Shown here: one piece after another, positions 63,021 through 64,000 of the stretch
Position numbering within the stretch: position 1 is the stretch's first letter
How the letters are laid out: the number at the start of each line of letters is the position of its first letter
Source: an uncultured Chitinophagaceae bacterium
GTDB lineage: Bacteria; Bacteroidota; Bacteroidia; Chitinophagales; Chitinophagaceae
Assembly (NCBI GenBank): GCA_963741705.1
Contig: CAVUJE010000008.1
Coordinates: 12,342-76,341, forward strand
Reading direction: 5' to 3'
DNA length: 64,000 bases
The notes under the pieces: generated by a model
The model's input: the letters and a program-made list of their open reading frames with translations, nothing else
Databases searched by the model: none
What the model was told of the DNA's origin: nothing
Program-made: the position numbers and the translations under genes

Positions 63021-63630
63021 ATGAAAACGCGGCCCGATTCCCTGGACACGCTGGCGGCGGGCATTAAGCGATGCCGGCGGTGCCCGCTTCATGGCTCCCG
63101 CATGCAGGCGGTTCCGGGCGAGGGGCCCGCGGATGCCGCCGTCCTTATTGTGGGGGAGGCGCCGGGGCGGCGGGAAGATGAGATGGGCCTCCGTTTGTGG
63201 GCGCGGCGGGCCTTTATTTCGACCGGGTGCTGGCGGAGGCCGACCTGGACCGTCGCGAGTTTTTCATCACCAGCACCGTTAAGTGCCGCCCGCCGGAAAA
63301 CCGGAAGCCGCGCGACGAGGAGATCGCCGTCTGCTGCCGGACCTGGATGCGCCGTCAGATGGCGGTGGTGCGGCCGGTTCTGATTGTGCTGCTGGGGAAT
63401 ACCGCTTCGGCCGCGTTCCTTGGAGGGCGTCCGGCGGTGGAGCCTTCCTTCACGGTCGGCTGATCCGGAAGGATGACGCCCGGTATTTCGTCCTGTATCA
63501 TCCGGCATCCGCCATGCGGTTTCCTGAGGCGAACCGGGCGATGCGGGCTGATCTGCGCGAGTTGCAGCGGCTGATGCAGGTCGACCTGGCCAGTCTTCCA
63601 CCGATAACGAACCCCCCGCCGGAATGGTGA
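63021..63630 (+). CDS. Uracil-DNA glycosylase family 4 (indels)
   Basis: CRRCPLH..R..AVPGEG, VGEAPG, VKCRPPENRKP, LLGNTA, YHPAS over three frames. Confidence 0.9.
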
Positions 63631-63669
63631 CCGTTTTTCCAGCCGGCAGTCGGTGCAGGTTGCCGTCCG

Positions 63670-64000
63670 CTATCCGCCATGTGCTGTTCGGGCGCTGTCT
63701 TCCTTCAGGAGAGCCTGGTCGGCCCGGATGATCAGCCGTTCCAGGATATCCCGTTCGTGGGGGGGGTGATTGCCGGCATGGACGCGTTCCGCGATCCGCT
63801 CCACGTGATCATGCAGGATCCGTCGGCGGAAAGGGCCTTTCGTCAGTTCCGCCACCTCTTCGAGGCTCTCGAGCATCCGGGCCAGCACGGTGGCATTGTC
63901 CGAGGCGCTGCATCGGATTTCATCGTAGGCATGGCCCACAAGCGACTCGTAGGTCGGCCCCAGGGCGATCACCCGCAGTGACTTTCCTTCATACCGGTAG
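63670..64000 (-). CDS. DUF2254-like membrane protein, C-terminal part (5' end off window)
   Basis: GPTYESLVGHAYDEIR...NATVLARMLESLEEVA resembles the DUF2254 C-terminus. Confidence 0.65.
   Translation of the reverse strand, partial: YRYEGKSLRVIALGPTYESLVGHAYDEIRCSASDNATVLARMLESLEEVAELTKGPFRRRILHDHVERIAERVHAGNHPPHERDILERLIIRADQALLKEDSARTAHGG

Overview
Positions 1 to about 60430 are AT-rich Bacteroidota DNA, probably Chitinophagaceae. The evidence is TAnnTTTG promoters, a T9SS C-terminal domain, fused ccoNO, DUF5777, BatD and a SusC-like gene start. This part carries housekeeping genes (pdhA, ribH, atpBEFH, yidD, rlmD, metF, hemA) and a roughly 22 kb respiratory island at 11.0-33.0 kb. The island holds a full cbb3 oxidase set, an NrfC/NrfD-like pair without a catalytic subunit, a small cytochrome c, and two parallel cassettes of lipoprotein + CX4CH lipoprotein + DUF5777 beta-barrel. 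Seven promoters in the island share a tandem ATGA-N6-TCA box at a nearly fixed position. At 53417-53587 (minus strand) is a stand-alone tRNA-shaped RNA with a GUC anticodon and a 99-nt structured variable arm, with its own promoter, candidate operator and terminator, divergent from an Lrp/AsnC regulator. At about 60430 the sequence switches abruptly, mid-gene on both sides, to GC-rich DNA that looks like another organism: citrate synthase, an internally deleted IS, a secreted protein ending GTLIFIR, UDG and DUF2254. Many genes are split by single-base indels, most likely sequencing or assembly errors. All family assignments are by eye and no searches were run.
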